A stretch of DNA of 52,214 nt from Bacillales bacterium UBA7057 (GCA_002493865.1 DLAC01000001.1:1330-53543); one strand, 5' to 3'; counted from the first letter of the stretch, positions 35,339 to 44,835 are shown. Notes: a model not told the origin generated them from the sequence alone. Made by a program: numbers and translations.

Positions 35339-35980
35339 TTAGTTCACTTCTTCTCTTTCTTCTGTTTTTTCTACAATTTGATGATATCTGATATAACCTT
35401 CTCTAGCTTTATTTAATAAGTTATTATCTCTAAGTTCTAGTTCCATATACAACTTACTTTCAAGTTTTCCATATAGACGAACCGTAAAATAGTCTTCTAC
35501 TCTAGATAACGCAAGACTTTGTTTTTCTTCTTCTATCGTATTTTCAATATTTTCTTTGAAGGAGAAAATTGCATCTTTTTGTACCTCTTCAATACAATAC
35601 TTTTTTAAAGAAGTTTTTAATATCTCTGTAGTTTCAGAAACAGCATCATAATATTCTTGAAATCTTTCATCTGTAAAATCAAGTTGCTCTAGAATACTTT
35701 CTAAACTTGCTTTTTTATCATTTAATAGTTTTTCTACCTCTTTATAACTATCCAATTTCATTCGATTAATGGTATCTGTAATATACTTTTTAGAATCAGT
35801 ACTACCGCTATCTTCATAAATAGAAGTAACTTTCGTAATCGCAGTATCAAACTCATTATTAAATATATTTACCATCGTTTCTAATACAGATGTTATATTT
35901 TTCTCAATATCATATTTTAAGGTAGTTAACAGAATTGATTTATTTTTTTCCTTAAACAGATTTGTAATATCTGATTCCAT
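35339..35980 (-). CDS. Hypothetical helical/coiled-coil protein (213 aa)
   Basis: Start refined to MESDITNLFKEKNK after RBS AAAGGGTGA. No recognisable motif. Confidence 0.5.
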   Translation of the reverse strand: MESDITNLFKEKNKSILLTTLKYDIEKNITSVLETMVNIFNNEFDTAITKVTSIYEDSGSTDSKKYITDTINRMKLDSYKEVEKLLNDKKASLESILEQLDFTDERFQEYYDAVSETTEILKTSLKKYCIEEVQKDAIFSFKENIENTIEEEKQSLALSRVEDYFTVRLYGKLESKLYMELELRDNNLLNKAREGYIRYHQIVEKTEEREEVN

Positions 35981-36183
35981 TTTGATCACCCTTTTTATTA
36001 ATTTAATCATAACAGTTTATGTTGGATTAGTCAAATATAGAACGGAAGAAAAGGACATATCTAAAATTAGAAATTATGTTAAATAAAGTCCGATAATTCA
36101 AAGGGATTAAAGTTTTTAAGTGTCAGGAAAAGTCCCATAAGTAAACAATCTATTTTATATTTATATGGATAATTAGTTCCCTT

Positions 36184-36579
36184 TTAATTCATCATAGATT
36201 GTTTTACTTTAGTCGTTACTCTTTCACATTCCTGTTGATTTCGTGAACTTAACCCTAATTCAAACATTAAATACATAAAATCTGGCACACTAATTTCTTC
36301 TCCAAAATCTTCTATCTCATCATAATTCTCTATCACAAAATCTATTACTGTATTTTCTTCCTTTTCTTCCTTCTTCTTTCTTTTTTCTAGATTATGTGCA
36401 AAAGCGATTCCTTTTTCAGCACTTTTTCTAAACCCACGTAATCCTAACGCAGTCATACTACGTCCATAGGTATAAAAATATTCTAAGTATCCATCAATTA
36501 AAACACATATATTTTCTTCATACGATACATATGACAATAATAAATTGTTTGTTTTTTCATATTCCCTTTCAAAATCCAT
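36184..36579 (-). CDS. Hypothetical protein (131 aa as tracked; possibly the 3' part of a frameshifted longer gene)
   Basis: The same frame stays open for ~48 further codons upstream of the tracked ATG. A strong RBS (AGGAGGG) plus ATG at 36738 sits in a different frame and terminates after 14 codons. Confidence 0.45.
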   Translation of the reverse strand: MDFEREYEKTNNLLLSYVSYEENICVLIDGYLEYFYTYGRSMTALGLRGFRKSAEKGIAFAHNLEKRKKKEEKEENTVIDFVIENYDEIEDFGEEISVPDFMYLMFELGLSSRNQQECERVTTKVKQSMMN

Positions 36580-36796
36580 TAAATCTAAATCATATTTGTT
36601 TTGACAACTTTCTTTATATTTTCTTCGTTCTATGCTGTGCCTGATGCCTTCTTCCGAGTTCTGCTTTTCTATTAATCTTGATTGATTCTCTTTTAATTTA
36701 GTCTCTTCTCCGTTCTTTCATAAACTTTGAATCTCATTTGTAAATCCCTCCTATGACTTGATATTATACTACAATTTAAATACAAAACAAACAGAA

Positions 36797-37591
36797 TTAT
36801 ATTTTGGAAATCATTAAATTACTAGAAGAATATCTTTTTAAACCTAAATGAAAAATTGTAAATGCAAAAGTAACAAAAAAACAGGAAATTAGAAGAATTA
36901 GAATCGTAAATCCTAAATGAAATTTTGTTAAAATCTGAATAGGAAGATAGTTAATAAAACCAATGGGAATGATTGTATAGAAAAGAATTTTCATCGTACC
37001 TTGAAAGATTCCTTCTGGATAAGTAGCAAAACTAGTTAATAAAGAGTCTCCAACCTCAGAAATCATATCTGCTTTTTGAAACCAAAAACTAAGACTTGAT
37101 AAGATCACTGTTACACTAACTAAGATGAGTCCTCCAGAGATTGTGAAAAGAGTAAATAGAAAAAACTTTGGAACTGAAAACCCAGAAATAAAGAGCATAA
37201 TATAACCATAAATTAAATCACCAATAGCGGAAGTAGAAATCTCAGAGGTAGCTACAGACAAAAGTACGTTTTTTGGTTGTATTAAGAATGAATCGAGCTT
37301 TCCATTCTGTATTACTTCTGATAGGCTAAAGGCTTTATAAAAAAAACATCTAGAAAACCCAAAAGTACTCGCCGCAATTCCCCATAAAAGAAGAATTTGA
37401 TGAAATTGATATCCGCCAATCCCGTCTTTAATAGAATAAAGAATGATCCATTGAACAATAAAACAGGCATTGTTTAACATCATGAAGACAATGTTCATAA
37501 AAAATGTAGTCTTATTAAGCATTTCCCGAATTAATGCATATTTTGTAGTCAATAAAGTCACGCGGACTTGATTCTTAACCACCGTTAACAT
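36797..37591 (-). CDS. ABC-2 type transporter permease (DUF990-like), subunit 2
   Basis: Six hydrophobic helices. Translationally coupled to the preceding permease gene. Confidence 0.7.
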   Translation of the reverse strand: MLTVVKNQVRVTLLTTKYALIREMLNKTTFFMNIVFMMLNNACFIVQWIILYSIKDGIGGYQFHQILLLWGIAASTFGFSRCFFYKAFSLSEVIQNGKLDSFLIQPKNVLLSVATSEISTSAIGDLIYGYIMLFISGFSVPKFFLFTLFTISGGLILVSVTVILSSLSFWFQKADMISEVGDSLLTSFATYPEGIFQGTMKILFYTIIPIGFINYLPIQILTKFHLGFTILILLISCFFVTFAFTIFHLGLKRYSSSNLMISKI

Positions 37592-38366
37592 TTAGTTTTT
37601 TCACTCCTTTCTGGTATACAAGTTTACATAATATATAACAAATTCCGATGTAAAAAAGCTGAATAAATAGAACTTCTACACATCCATTCCATGAAAAATT
37701 AACAAACAATTTCGCGGGTCCTGATGACACTGCATAGATAGGACTGTATGTTAAAATCGGTTGCATTATAGTCGGAAAGAATTCAATTGGAAAAAGAGTT
37801 CCCAAAATTAGAATTGCCTTACTATATAACCAATAAAATGGAGTAGAATCCTCAATGACAAAGGAAAATAATCCAATCATAATAATTAAAAGACAACCGA
37901 TAATGATTGCTAAAATACAAGATAGTAATACAACGAGGATAGAAGATAATGTATGTACTGGAAGATTTCTTAAAAAGAGAAAACCTAACATAAATCCAAG
38001 TATGACATAAAGAATCATTTTAATTGTTGCAGTTCCAAGATGACTAGATAGCGAATATCCAATATAATCATACGGTTTATTCAAGTTATAAGCAATATTT
38101 CCACCTCTAACATCATTACTGATTTTCTGACATAGTTTTTTTCCTCCTACGGAACTCCATAATATTTCAGTAAGAATTACATACCAAATGGTTTGATTCA
38201 TATTGTAACCATGAATTAATTCCTCTGGATCACTATAAATGGAATTCCATAAGTGAAAGAATACGAATAGTAATAAAGCGTATGAAATAAATCCAAAAAG
38301 AATATTACCAATATACTGCAGATTACTCATGATTTCTGATTTATAAATGAATAAATACTTTCTCAT
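37575..38366 (-). CDS. ABC-2 type transporter permease (DUF990-like), subunit 1
   Basis: Six hydrophobic helices. The start overlaps the ATPase stop (ATGA). Confidence 0.7.
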   Translation of the reverse strand: MRKYLFIYKSEIMSNLQYIGNILFGFISYALLLFVFFHLWNSIYSDPEELIHGYNMNQTIWYVILTEILWSSVGGKKLCQKISNDVRGGNIAYNLNKPYDYIGYSLSSHLGTATIKMILYVILGFMLGFLFLRNLPVHTLSSILVVLLSCILAIIIGCLLIIMIGLFSFVIEDSTPFYWLYSKAILILGTLFPIEFFPTIMQPILTYSPIYAVSSGPAKLFVNFSWNGCVEVLFIQLFYIGICYILCKLVYQKGVKKLNVNGG

Positions 38367-39346
38367 GATGGATCTCCTTTTTTATAAATACTACTAATAA
38401 TATCTTCTAGCGGAATATTTGAAATATTAATATCGATTATATTATCTGGATTTAATAATTTCAATGCATCCGCTACCGTTCTCTTTTCAGTATCTACTTC
38501 AATTTTTATATTATATCCTTTATCTTTTAAAATTGTGATTCCTTCTTCGTCATCTAAATTTACCTTTTCTTTCATTTTTGCTTCTACTATTTTTTTATTT
38601 AAATAATGATACTTTAGGTTTTCCATTGAATCATCTAATACGACCTGACCATTATTGATAATAATGACACGCTTACATAACTTTTCAATGTCCCCTACAT
38701 CATGACTCGTTAAAAAGATCGTAGTTTTATACTCTTTATTCATTCGCTTAATTAAAGAACGAACATTTTCTTTTACTACTGGGTCTAGCCCAATAGTTGG
38801 CTCATCTAAAAATAATACTTTAGGTTCATGAATTAGGGATGCCACAATTTCACAACGAATTCTCTGTCCCAAACTTAAATTACGAACAGGTGTATTGATA
38901 AAATCTTTGAGTTCAAATAATTCTTCAAATTCCTTTATCTTCTTTTCTACTACTGAATTTGGAATATCATAGATTGCACCAAAAAATTTAAAATTATCGT
39001 AAGGAGTTAAATGAGTCCATAATTGTTCTTTTTGACCAAAAACAGTTCCTATCTCATAGGCAAGTTTCTTACGATGTTTCTTTGGATCTAAGCCTAAAAT
39101 ATTAATATTTCCTTCCGTTGGAAATAAAATTCCTGTCATCATTTTAATTGTAGTTGATTTTCCTGCACCATTGGGACCAATAAAGGCAACGATTTCCCCC
39201 TTCTCTACAGAAAAATTAACCTTTTTTACTGCTTTTACTTTGCGATATTTTGGATGAAGGATAGATTGAATACTACCACGAAATCCTTGCTTTTTTTCTT
39301 TAATTGTAAAAGTTTTACTTAAATTTTTTACTTCGATTACTGCCAT
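38363..39346 (-). CDS. ABC transporter ATP-binding protein (ABC-2 subfamily)
   Basis: Walker A GPNGAGKST, signature LSLGQRIRCEI, Walker B LFLDEPTIGLD, H-loop TSHD, plus a C-terminal extension. Confidence 0.9.
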   Translation of the reverse strand: MAVIEVKNLSKTFTIKEKKQGFRGSIQSILHPKYRKVKAVKKVNFSVEKGEIVAFIGPNGAGKSTTIKMMTGILFPTEGNINILGLDPKKHRKKLAYEIGTVFGQKEQLWTHLTPYDNFKFFGAIYDIPNSVVEKKIKEFEELFELKDFINTPVRNLSLGQRIRCEIVASLIHEPKVLFLDEPTIGLDPVVKENVRSLIKRMNKEYKTTIFLTSHDVGDIEKLCKRVIIINNGQVVLDDSMENLKYHYLNKKIVEAKMKEKVNLDDEEGITILKDKGYNIKIEVDTEKRTVADALKLLNPDNIIDINISNIPLEDIISSIYKKGDPS

Positions 39347-39503
39347 AAAATCACCTCCTATACTTTACACTACTGATTTATTTAAATAATTTTTTATGAC
39401 ATATCATTTTAAATATCACAAATAAAGGCAATATTCATAAAACATAATCTTTGAAATTTTGAATCCTCCTTTCTTTTTTATATTAGTCAAAAGATGATTG
39501 AAA

Positions 39504-39608
39504 TAAAAAAACACGGAAAATCACCTTTATTAGTGACTCCGTGTTATACGTGTAGGTTTGATTCCCTGTGTAGCTCGTAAAAAATACTTATACACACTCA
39601 CTCGACTT
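39504..39608 (-). ncRNA. Candidate ~100-nt small RNA or transcription-attenuating leader (promoter-to-terminator unit with no ORF)
   Basis: Bounded by a consensus promoter (39615-39643) and a strong intrinsic terminator ACACGGAGTCAC-TAATAAAG-GTGATTTTCCGTGT plus a T7 run (39504-39545). It lies 130 nt downstream of the def-like gene and 160 nt upstream of the ABC-2 ATPase gene. No family recognised. Confidence 0.4.
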
Positions 39609-39614
39609 CCTAAG

Positions 39615-39643
39615 AATATACCACTAAGTGTTTAAATTGTCAA
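39615..39643 (-). promoter_or_regulatory. Sigma-A promoter (TTGACA-17-TATATT)
   Basis: The minus strand reads TTGACAATTTAAACACTTAGTGGTATATT. Confidence 0.6.
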
Positions 39644-39673
39644 ACATTTTTAACCAATTCGTTTTCTATACCT

Positions 39674-40303
39674 TTATTTTTTTATATAAATTTTGGTTCT
39701 AAATTCTGGGTTGATTCCACTCTGATCAAACTCACAATCTGTAGAGATAGTCTTTTGAGGATACTTATTTCTAACTTCAATTCTTTTATTTAAGTCTGCA
39801 TTATATGTGATATCCTCTGCCTTATCCAGAAATTCAATTCCATCTAAATGATCAATTTCATGACAAAAACATCTAGCCTCAAACCCCTCTGCACTTCTAT
39901 GAAGAGAATTTCCATCAATATCTTGATAATCAAATTCTATGTAATGTGGTCTAGCAACTTTACCAATGACTTCTCCTGTACTCATACATGCTTCATAGTA
40001 ATATGTGAGACCCCTCATCAACGTGATTCTTGGATTAAAATATATAGTAGTTTCATAATGATCCTCGAATTGCTGAAGTTCTTGTATATTACGTACCTTT
40101 TTTTCTACCGCACTTACCATTACTATAAATCTTTTATTAATCCCAAATTGTGGTGCCGCTGCTGCAAAAGCATATTGTTCGATACATAATTTTTTAATTT
40201 CATTGATTAATTCCAAATAAAATTGCTTATTTTCAAAATCAACTACTTCCTCACAAACTTGTTTTAATCTAGGATCATCACTTTTAATTAATTCTAGTTT
40301 CAT
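39674..40303 (-). CDS. def: Peptide deformylase-like protein (divergent paralog)
   Basis: Motif 3 HEIDHLDG is intact. Motif 2 is EACMS rather than EGCLS. Motif 1 is AFAAAAPQFG rather than G.G.AA.Q. 209 aa. Confidence 0.7.
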   Translation of the reverse strand: MKLELIKSDDPRLKQVCEEVVDFENKQFYLELINEIKKLCIEQYAFAAAAPQFGINKRFIVMVSAVEKKVRNIQELQQFEDHYETTIYFNPRITLMRGLTYYYEACMSTGEVIGKVARPHYIEFDYQDIDGNSLHRSAEGFEARCFCHEIDHLDGIEFLDKAEDITYNADLNKRIEVRNKYPQKTISTDCEFDQSGINPEFRTKIYIKK

Positions 40304-40420
40304 ATTTTTTCTCCCCTCTATAATTACGAATGATTTTGGTAGTGAAAATATTCATAAAAAATACTTTCTATTGAAATTGACTCTACGTTAATACACTCTT
40401 AGAGAAATGCAAGTTAACAA

Positions 40421-43400
40421 CTAATTTTTCTTTTTCAAAACTTGTAACAAATCAATCAAATAATAAATGTAATGTTTTTCTAATTGAATCAAGTCTAGAA
40501 TGACAACCAGTCTAGAAGAAGTCATCTTAAAACGAAACATCGGTGTAATTTTAAAAGCATCTAAGAACAATTGCTCTCCATCAATTTCCATTGTCATCTC
40601 TGGACTAAAATATAATTCCAAAGAATTTCTGGTTTTTTGAATTTTTTCAATTTGCCAATACTTTGCCATTTTTTCAAACCATTCTTCGTACATATAAATA
40701 AGCATTTCTTCATTGACTTTTCCAAATCGATCTTCAATTTCTTCTTTTACTTCTTGTAACTTTTCATAAGAATCAATCTCATTAATTTTTCTATGGATTT
40801 CAATTTTTAAATTATCATCATCAGTATAAGTATCTGAAATGTGCGTAGATACATCAAGTAATGGCTTCTCGTTTTGGATTTCTTCTTCTTTAATTGGGTT
40901 CCCTTTTAGTTTTTCTACTTCATCATTTAAGAGCTTTAAATACAAGTCAATTCCAACAGTATCAATGAACCCTGCTTGTTCACTTCCTAAAATATCCCCC
41001 GCACCACGAATAGATAAATCTCTAGTCGCAATGGAAAAACCACTTCCAAGTTCTGTAAAATCTTTAATGGCACTCAGTCTTTTGACTGCAGTTTCTGTTA
41101 ACATTTTCTGTGGATGATACATTAAGTAGGCATAGGCTATCTTATTACTCCGTCCGACACGACCTCTAATTTGATACAATTGACTCAACCCAAAGCAATC
41201 TGCATTTAGTACAATCAATGTATTTACATTTGGGATATCAATTCCTGTTTCAATAATTGTTGTACATAAAAGAATATCATATTCATGATTAATAAAAGCA
41301 GCCATTCGGTCTTCCAATTCTTCTTTACTAAGCCTACCATGCGCACAAATTATCCTAGCCTCTGGAACTAATTGATGAATATCCATTGCCTTCTTCTCTA
41401 TGGTTTCTACTCGGTTATAAAGGAGAAACACTTGACCATTTCTTGAAAGTTCTTTATAAATGGCATCTTTGATGATTTGATTATTTTCTTCAATGACATA
41501 AGTTTGAACAGGATAACGATCTACTGGCGGTGTTTCGATTAAAGATAGACTTCGAATTCCAACCATAGACATTTGAAGAGTTCTAGGAATTGGAGTTGCC
41601 GTTAGAGTTAGTACATCTACATTACTTTTATATTCCTTGATTTTTTCCTTATGAGTAACTCCAAACCTTTGCTCCTCATCAATCACCAATAACCCTAAAT
41701 CTTTAGGTTTAACATCATCACTTAACAAACGATGAGTCCCAATTACAACATCGATACTTCCATCCTTCAGTCCTTCAATAATTCTCTTTTTTTCTTTCGG
41801 AGTCGTAAATCGATTTAATAACGCAATCCGAACGGGAAAATTAGAAAATCGATTTAATGCATTATGATAGTGTTGATTGGAAAGAATTGTCGTTGGACAA
41901 AGATAGAGAACTTGTTTTGAATCCATTACCGCTTTAAATATCGCGCGAAAGGCAACCTCAGTTTTTCCGTATCCTACATCGCCACAAAGCAATCGATCCA
42001 TCGGTACAGAAGACTCCATATCATGTTTGATTTGATTAATGGCAATCAACTGATCCTTTGTTTCCTGATATTCAAAAGACTCTTCAAAAGATTCTTGAAA
42101 TTCTCCATCCGGACTAAACGCAAATCCCTTTTTCATTTCTCTTTCCGCATATAAGCGAAGTAATTTATCCGCAATATCGTGAATTTTGTTTTTTACTCTG
42201 GCTTTTACTTTATTCCAATCGGATCCACCCAACTTATTGATTTTAGGAACGACTCCTTCATTTCCAGAAAATTTACTAATTAAATCAATTTTTTCAACTG
42301 GAATATAAAGTTTATCTTTTCCTGCATACAAGATTTCTAAATAATCTTTCTTTAAACCAAATTGTGTAATGGTATGAATCCCATTATAAACTCCAATTCC
42401 ATGAACATTATGGACTACATAATCTCCAATATTTAATTTGTTGATATCCTTAATCTTAGAAGCATATTTAAATTTTGTTTTATACTTTTTCCTTGGTACT
42501 GCACTATGGAATAAATCTAAGTCTGATATAACTACATAGTCTCCAAAAATAAATCCTTTTCCAATGCTTTTTTCTATAATATTTACTTGTCCTGGATAAA
42601 AGTGATTCTCATCAGTTAGGATATAAGGTACTTGAAGTTCTTTTGTAAAGGTACGAATCTGATGTTTCTTTAGACAAATCCAAATATTTTTATTTAGATA
42701 TAATTGATCTTTTAAGAAATTATTAATTAGTTCAATATTTTCATTAAAAGGAAGAATTTCCTTACTATCATAACGAATAATTTCTATATTTTTATCAGAT
42801 AAAAGATTATCAATAGTTAGATAATGAATCTGATTGGAAGGATTGATTTCTGTTAAATCAAACATATACTTTGATTGAAAGGCTTGATCTTTTTCTTGTC
42901 GATACTCAAAAATTTCTTTTACTAGTAGTTCATAACTCTTTTCAAGTTGAGGATAGTCTTTATAAATAACAATGGTAGGATCTAGATACTGATAAATATT
43001 TGAAACAGAATTCGATAGTTCTAAAAGATGTTTTTGTTTTGATTCATATTCTTCAGGATATTTTTCTAGAATAAATTCAGTATAAGGATCAATACTTACG
43101 GATTTTAAAGATTCTAATGACTTCTGCGTATCTTCATCAAACGAACGGATGGACTCTATACTGTCTCCAAAGAATTCAAAACGCACTGGATGATCTAATC
43201 CAAGAGGAAAAACATCAATTACAAAACCACGAACAGAAAATTCCCCTGTCTTCGTAACAATAGATTCTTTCGTGTAACCAATATGGTAAAGCTTTTCTAC
43301 TAATTCTTTTGGCTCAATTTCATCATCGATAGAAAAGGTAAAATGACTTTTTTGATAAAGATTCTTAGATGGAAGAAAGCGAAGATATCCCATTAAATTG

Positions 43401-43711
43401 GTAACAACAATATTCTTCTGATTATTTAGTATCAAGTTTAGTGTTTCTAAACGGTTTACCATTAAATCAGGGCTTACCGCAATGGCTTCGCTAGTTAAGA
43501 AATCGTCCATTGGAAATAGACTAGCGGATGAATTATAATTACTCAGACTTTCATAAATTTGATTTGCTTCATATAAAGAGGGTGTTACAATTAAGATTGA
43601 TTTTTCATGTTGATTCCAAAGTTGATTCAAATAAACAGAAAAAAGCTCGTTTGTTAAACCAGCCAGAGCGATATTATGAATCTTATTTGTTTGAAAACAA
43701 TTGTTAAGCAT
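40421..43711 (-). CDS. mfd: Transcription-repair coupling factor
   Basis: 1096 aa. CarD/TRCF RNAP-interacting domain. SF2 helicase motifs (GDVGYGKTEVA, DEEQRFG, TATPIPRT, QLYQIRGRVGRS). Conserved pth-mfd adjacency. Confidence 0.95.
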   Translation of the reverse strand: MLNNCFQTNKIHNIALAGLTNELFSVYLNQLWNQHEKSILIVTPSLYEANQIYESLSNYNSSASLFPMDDFLTSEAIAVSPDLMVNRLETLNLILNNQKNIVVTNLMGYLRFLPSKNLYQKSHFTFSIDDEIEPKELVEKLYHIGYTKESIVTKTGEFSVRGFVIDVFPLGLDHPVRFEFFGDSIESIRSFDEDTQKSLESLKSVSIDPYTEFILEKYPEEYESKQKHLLELSNSVSNIYQYLDPTIVIYKDYPQLEKSYELLVKEIFEYRQEKDQAFQSKYMFDLTEINPSNQIHYLTIDNLLSDKNIEIIRYDSKEILPFNENIELINNFLKDQLYLNKNIWICLKKHQIRTFTKELQVPYILTDENHFYPGQVNIIEKSIGKGFIFGDYVVISDLDLFHSAVPRKKYKTKFKYASKIKDINKLNIGDYVVHNVHGIGVYNGIHTITQFGLKKDYLEILYAGKDKLYIPVEKIDLISKFSGNEGVVPKINKLGGSDWNKVKARVKNKIHDIADKLLRLYAEREMKKGFAFSPDGEFQESFEESFEYQETKDQLIAINQIKHDMESSVPMDRLLCGDVGYGKTEVAFRAIFKAVMDSKQVLYLCPTTILSNQHYHNALNRFSNFPVRIALLNRFTTPKEKKRIIEGLKDGSIDVVIGTHRLLSDDVKPKDLGLLVIDEEQRFGVTHKEKIKEYKSNVDVLTLTATPIPRTLQMSMVGIRSLSLIETPPVDRYPVQTYVIEENNQIIKDAIYKELSRNGQVFLLYNRVETIEKKAMDIHQLVPEARIICAHGRLSKEELEDRMAAFINHEYDILLCTTIIETGIDIPNVNTLIVLNADCFGLSQLYQIRGRVGRSNKIAYAYLMYHPQKMLTETAVKRLSAIKDFTELGSGFSIATRDLSIRGAGDILGSEQAGFIDTVGIDLYLKLLNDEVEKLKGNPIKEEEIQNEKPLLDVSTHISDTYTDDDNLKIEIHRKINEIDSYEKLQEVKEEIEDRFGKVNEEMLIYMYEEWFEKMAKYWQIEKIQKTRNSLELYFSPEMTMEIDGEQLFLDAFKITPMFRFKMTSSRLVVILDLIQLEKHYIYYLIDLLQVLKKKN

Positions 43712-44288
43712 CGATCGTTCCCTTCTTTATCTTTGTATTATATTTATTCATTAGATTATCAAAACTCATATGAAAATAATCTTCAAGTACAGAAAGTACC
43801 TCTTCTTTTACTTGATTTAATATTTCTTTCTCTGAATTTGATATTTTCCCTAATACATAATCTTTCGTATCTATATTTTTATTATTGGAAATTCCAATCT
43901 TAATTCGACAGTATTCCTGAGTTCCTAGATGAAGCTCAATATTTTTTAATCCATTATGACCTCCACTAGAACCCTTTTTCTTAATTTTAAAATTTCCTAC
44001 TTCTAAATCTAGATCATCATGAATGATTAAAAGATCATTTAATGTTATTTTATAGAAATCCACAAATCTGTGAATAACTTCTCCACTCAAATTTATATAA
44101 GATTGTGGTTTTAATAGAATTACTTTTTCTCCATGAATCAAAGTTTCCACATAAAGACCATTGAATTTTGATTTAGAAATAGTTATCCCCAGTTTTTGTG
44201 CAAAAAGATCAATTGTTTGAAAACCAACATTATGTCTTGTATTTTCGTATTCTTTTCCTGGATTTCCTAATCCAACAATTAATTTCAT
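43704..44288 (-). CDS. pth: Peptidyl-tRNA hydrolase
   Basis: MKLIVGLGNPG..Y..TRHN.GF start and the GGHNGLK block. Confidence 0.95.
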   Translation of the reverse strand: MKLIVGLGNPGKEYENTRHNVGFQTIDLFAQKLGITISKSKFNGLYVETLIHGEKVILLKPQSYINLSGEVIHRFVDFYKITLNDLLIIHDDLDLEVGNFKIKKKGSSGGHNGLKNIELHLGTQEYCRIKIGISNNKNIDTKDYVLGKISNSEKEILNQVKEEVLSVLEDYFHMSFDNLMNKYNTKIKKGTIDA

Positions 44289-44292
44289 TTTA

Positions 44293-44772
44293 TCACCTAC
44301 TTAAAGTTTTTACTTTATTCACAACTTTTTTGTATTTCTTTTTTCCTAATATCTTTACTAAATGAATTTTTCTATTTTCTAAACTATGATGAACTAAATC
44401 ATTTGAAATATAAAAATTATCATTATTTTCTGGATACCATTTAGAATCCCAATCTTTATGAACCCTTACTCTTAATCCATGTGGATTTACTTTCTGACCC
44501 ATATAATCATCTCCATTAATATCGAGTTCATCTTCTCTAATCCATTTAGAATCCCAATCTTTGTAAACCCCTACTCTTAATCCATGTGGATTTACCTTCT
44601 GTCCCATATCTATATTTATTGCCTCCCTAATTAGTTTTTTTAACTCATCTTCAGTATTAACAATACCATAGAGATGTTGTTGTTGTCTATAATACACCTC
44701 AACAGGATTAGAATCTCTTATGATTCCAACTCTAAATGTATGAGGATTTACTTTTAAAAAATAATCTATCAT
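44293..44772 (-). CDS. Unknown protein built from three tandem copies of the ribosomal protein uS3 N-terminal signature
   Basis: RBS AGGGGGAAC. Copy 1 is degenerate, [23 protein letters not shown] (residues 6-28). Copy 2 is [23 protein letters not shown] (nt 44607-44539). Copy 3 is [23 protein letters not shown] (nt 44502-44434). Compare bacterial uS3, MGQKVNP.G.R.G...DW.SKWY. A basic C-terminal tail follows. Confidence 0.7.
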   Translation of the reverse strand: MIDYFLKVNPHTFRVGIIRDSNPVEVYYRQQQHLYGIVNTEDELKKLIREAINIDMGQKVNPHGLRVGVYKDWDSKWIREDELDINGDDYMGQKVNPHGLRVRVHKDWDSKWYPENNDNFYISNDLVHHSLENRKIHLVKILGKKKYKKVVNKVKTLSR

Positions 44773-44809
44773 ATAATAGTTCCCCCTAAAATCTAAGTTT
44801 TTAATTTAT

Positions 44810-44835
44810 AAAATTATTTCCCGGGAAATAATTTT
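44810..44835. terminator. Perfect 26-bp palindrome AAAATTATTTCCCGGGAAATAATTTT directly after the rsmI stop (probable terminator or protein-binding site)
   Basis: Read directly from the sequence. The arms are 13 bp each. The weak T-run (TTTTAT) is part of the stem. Confidence 0.5.

Noticed and set aside
39546-39580. tRNA-like T-arm string (GGTTTGATTCC) on the plus strand, suggesting a tRNA or tmRNA fragment.
   Set aside because: No matching acceptor stem, D-arm or anticodon arm could be built from the ~90 nt upstream. The T-stem pairing is poor. The region is better explained as part of the minus-strand promoter-terminator unit.
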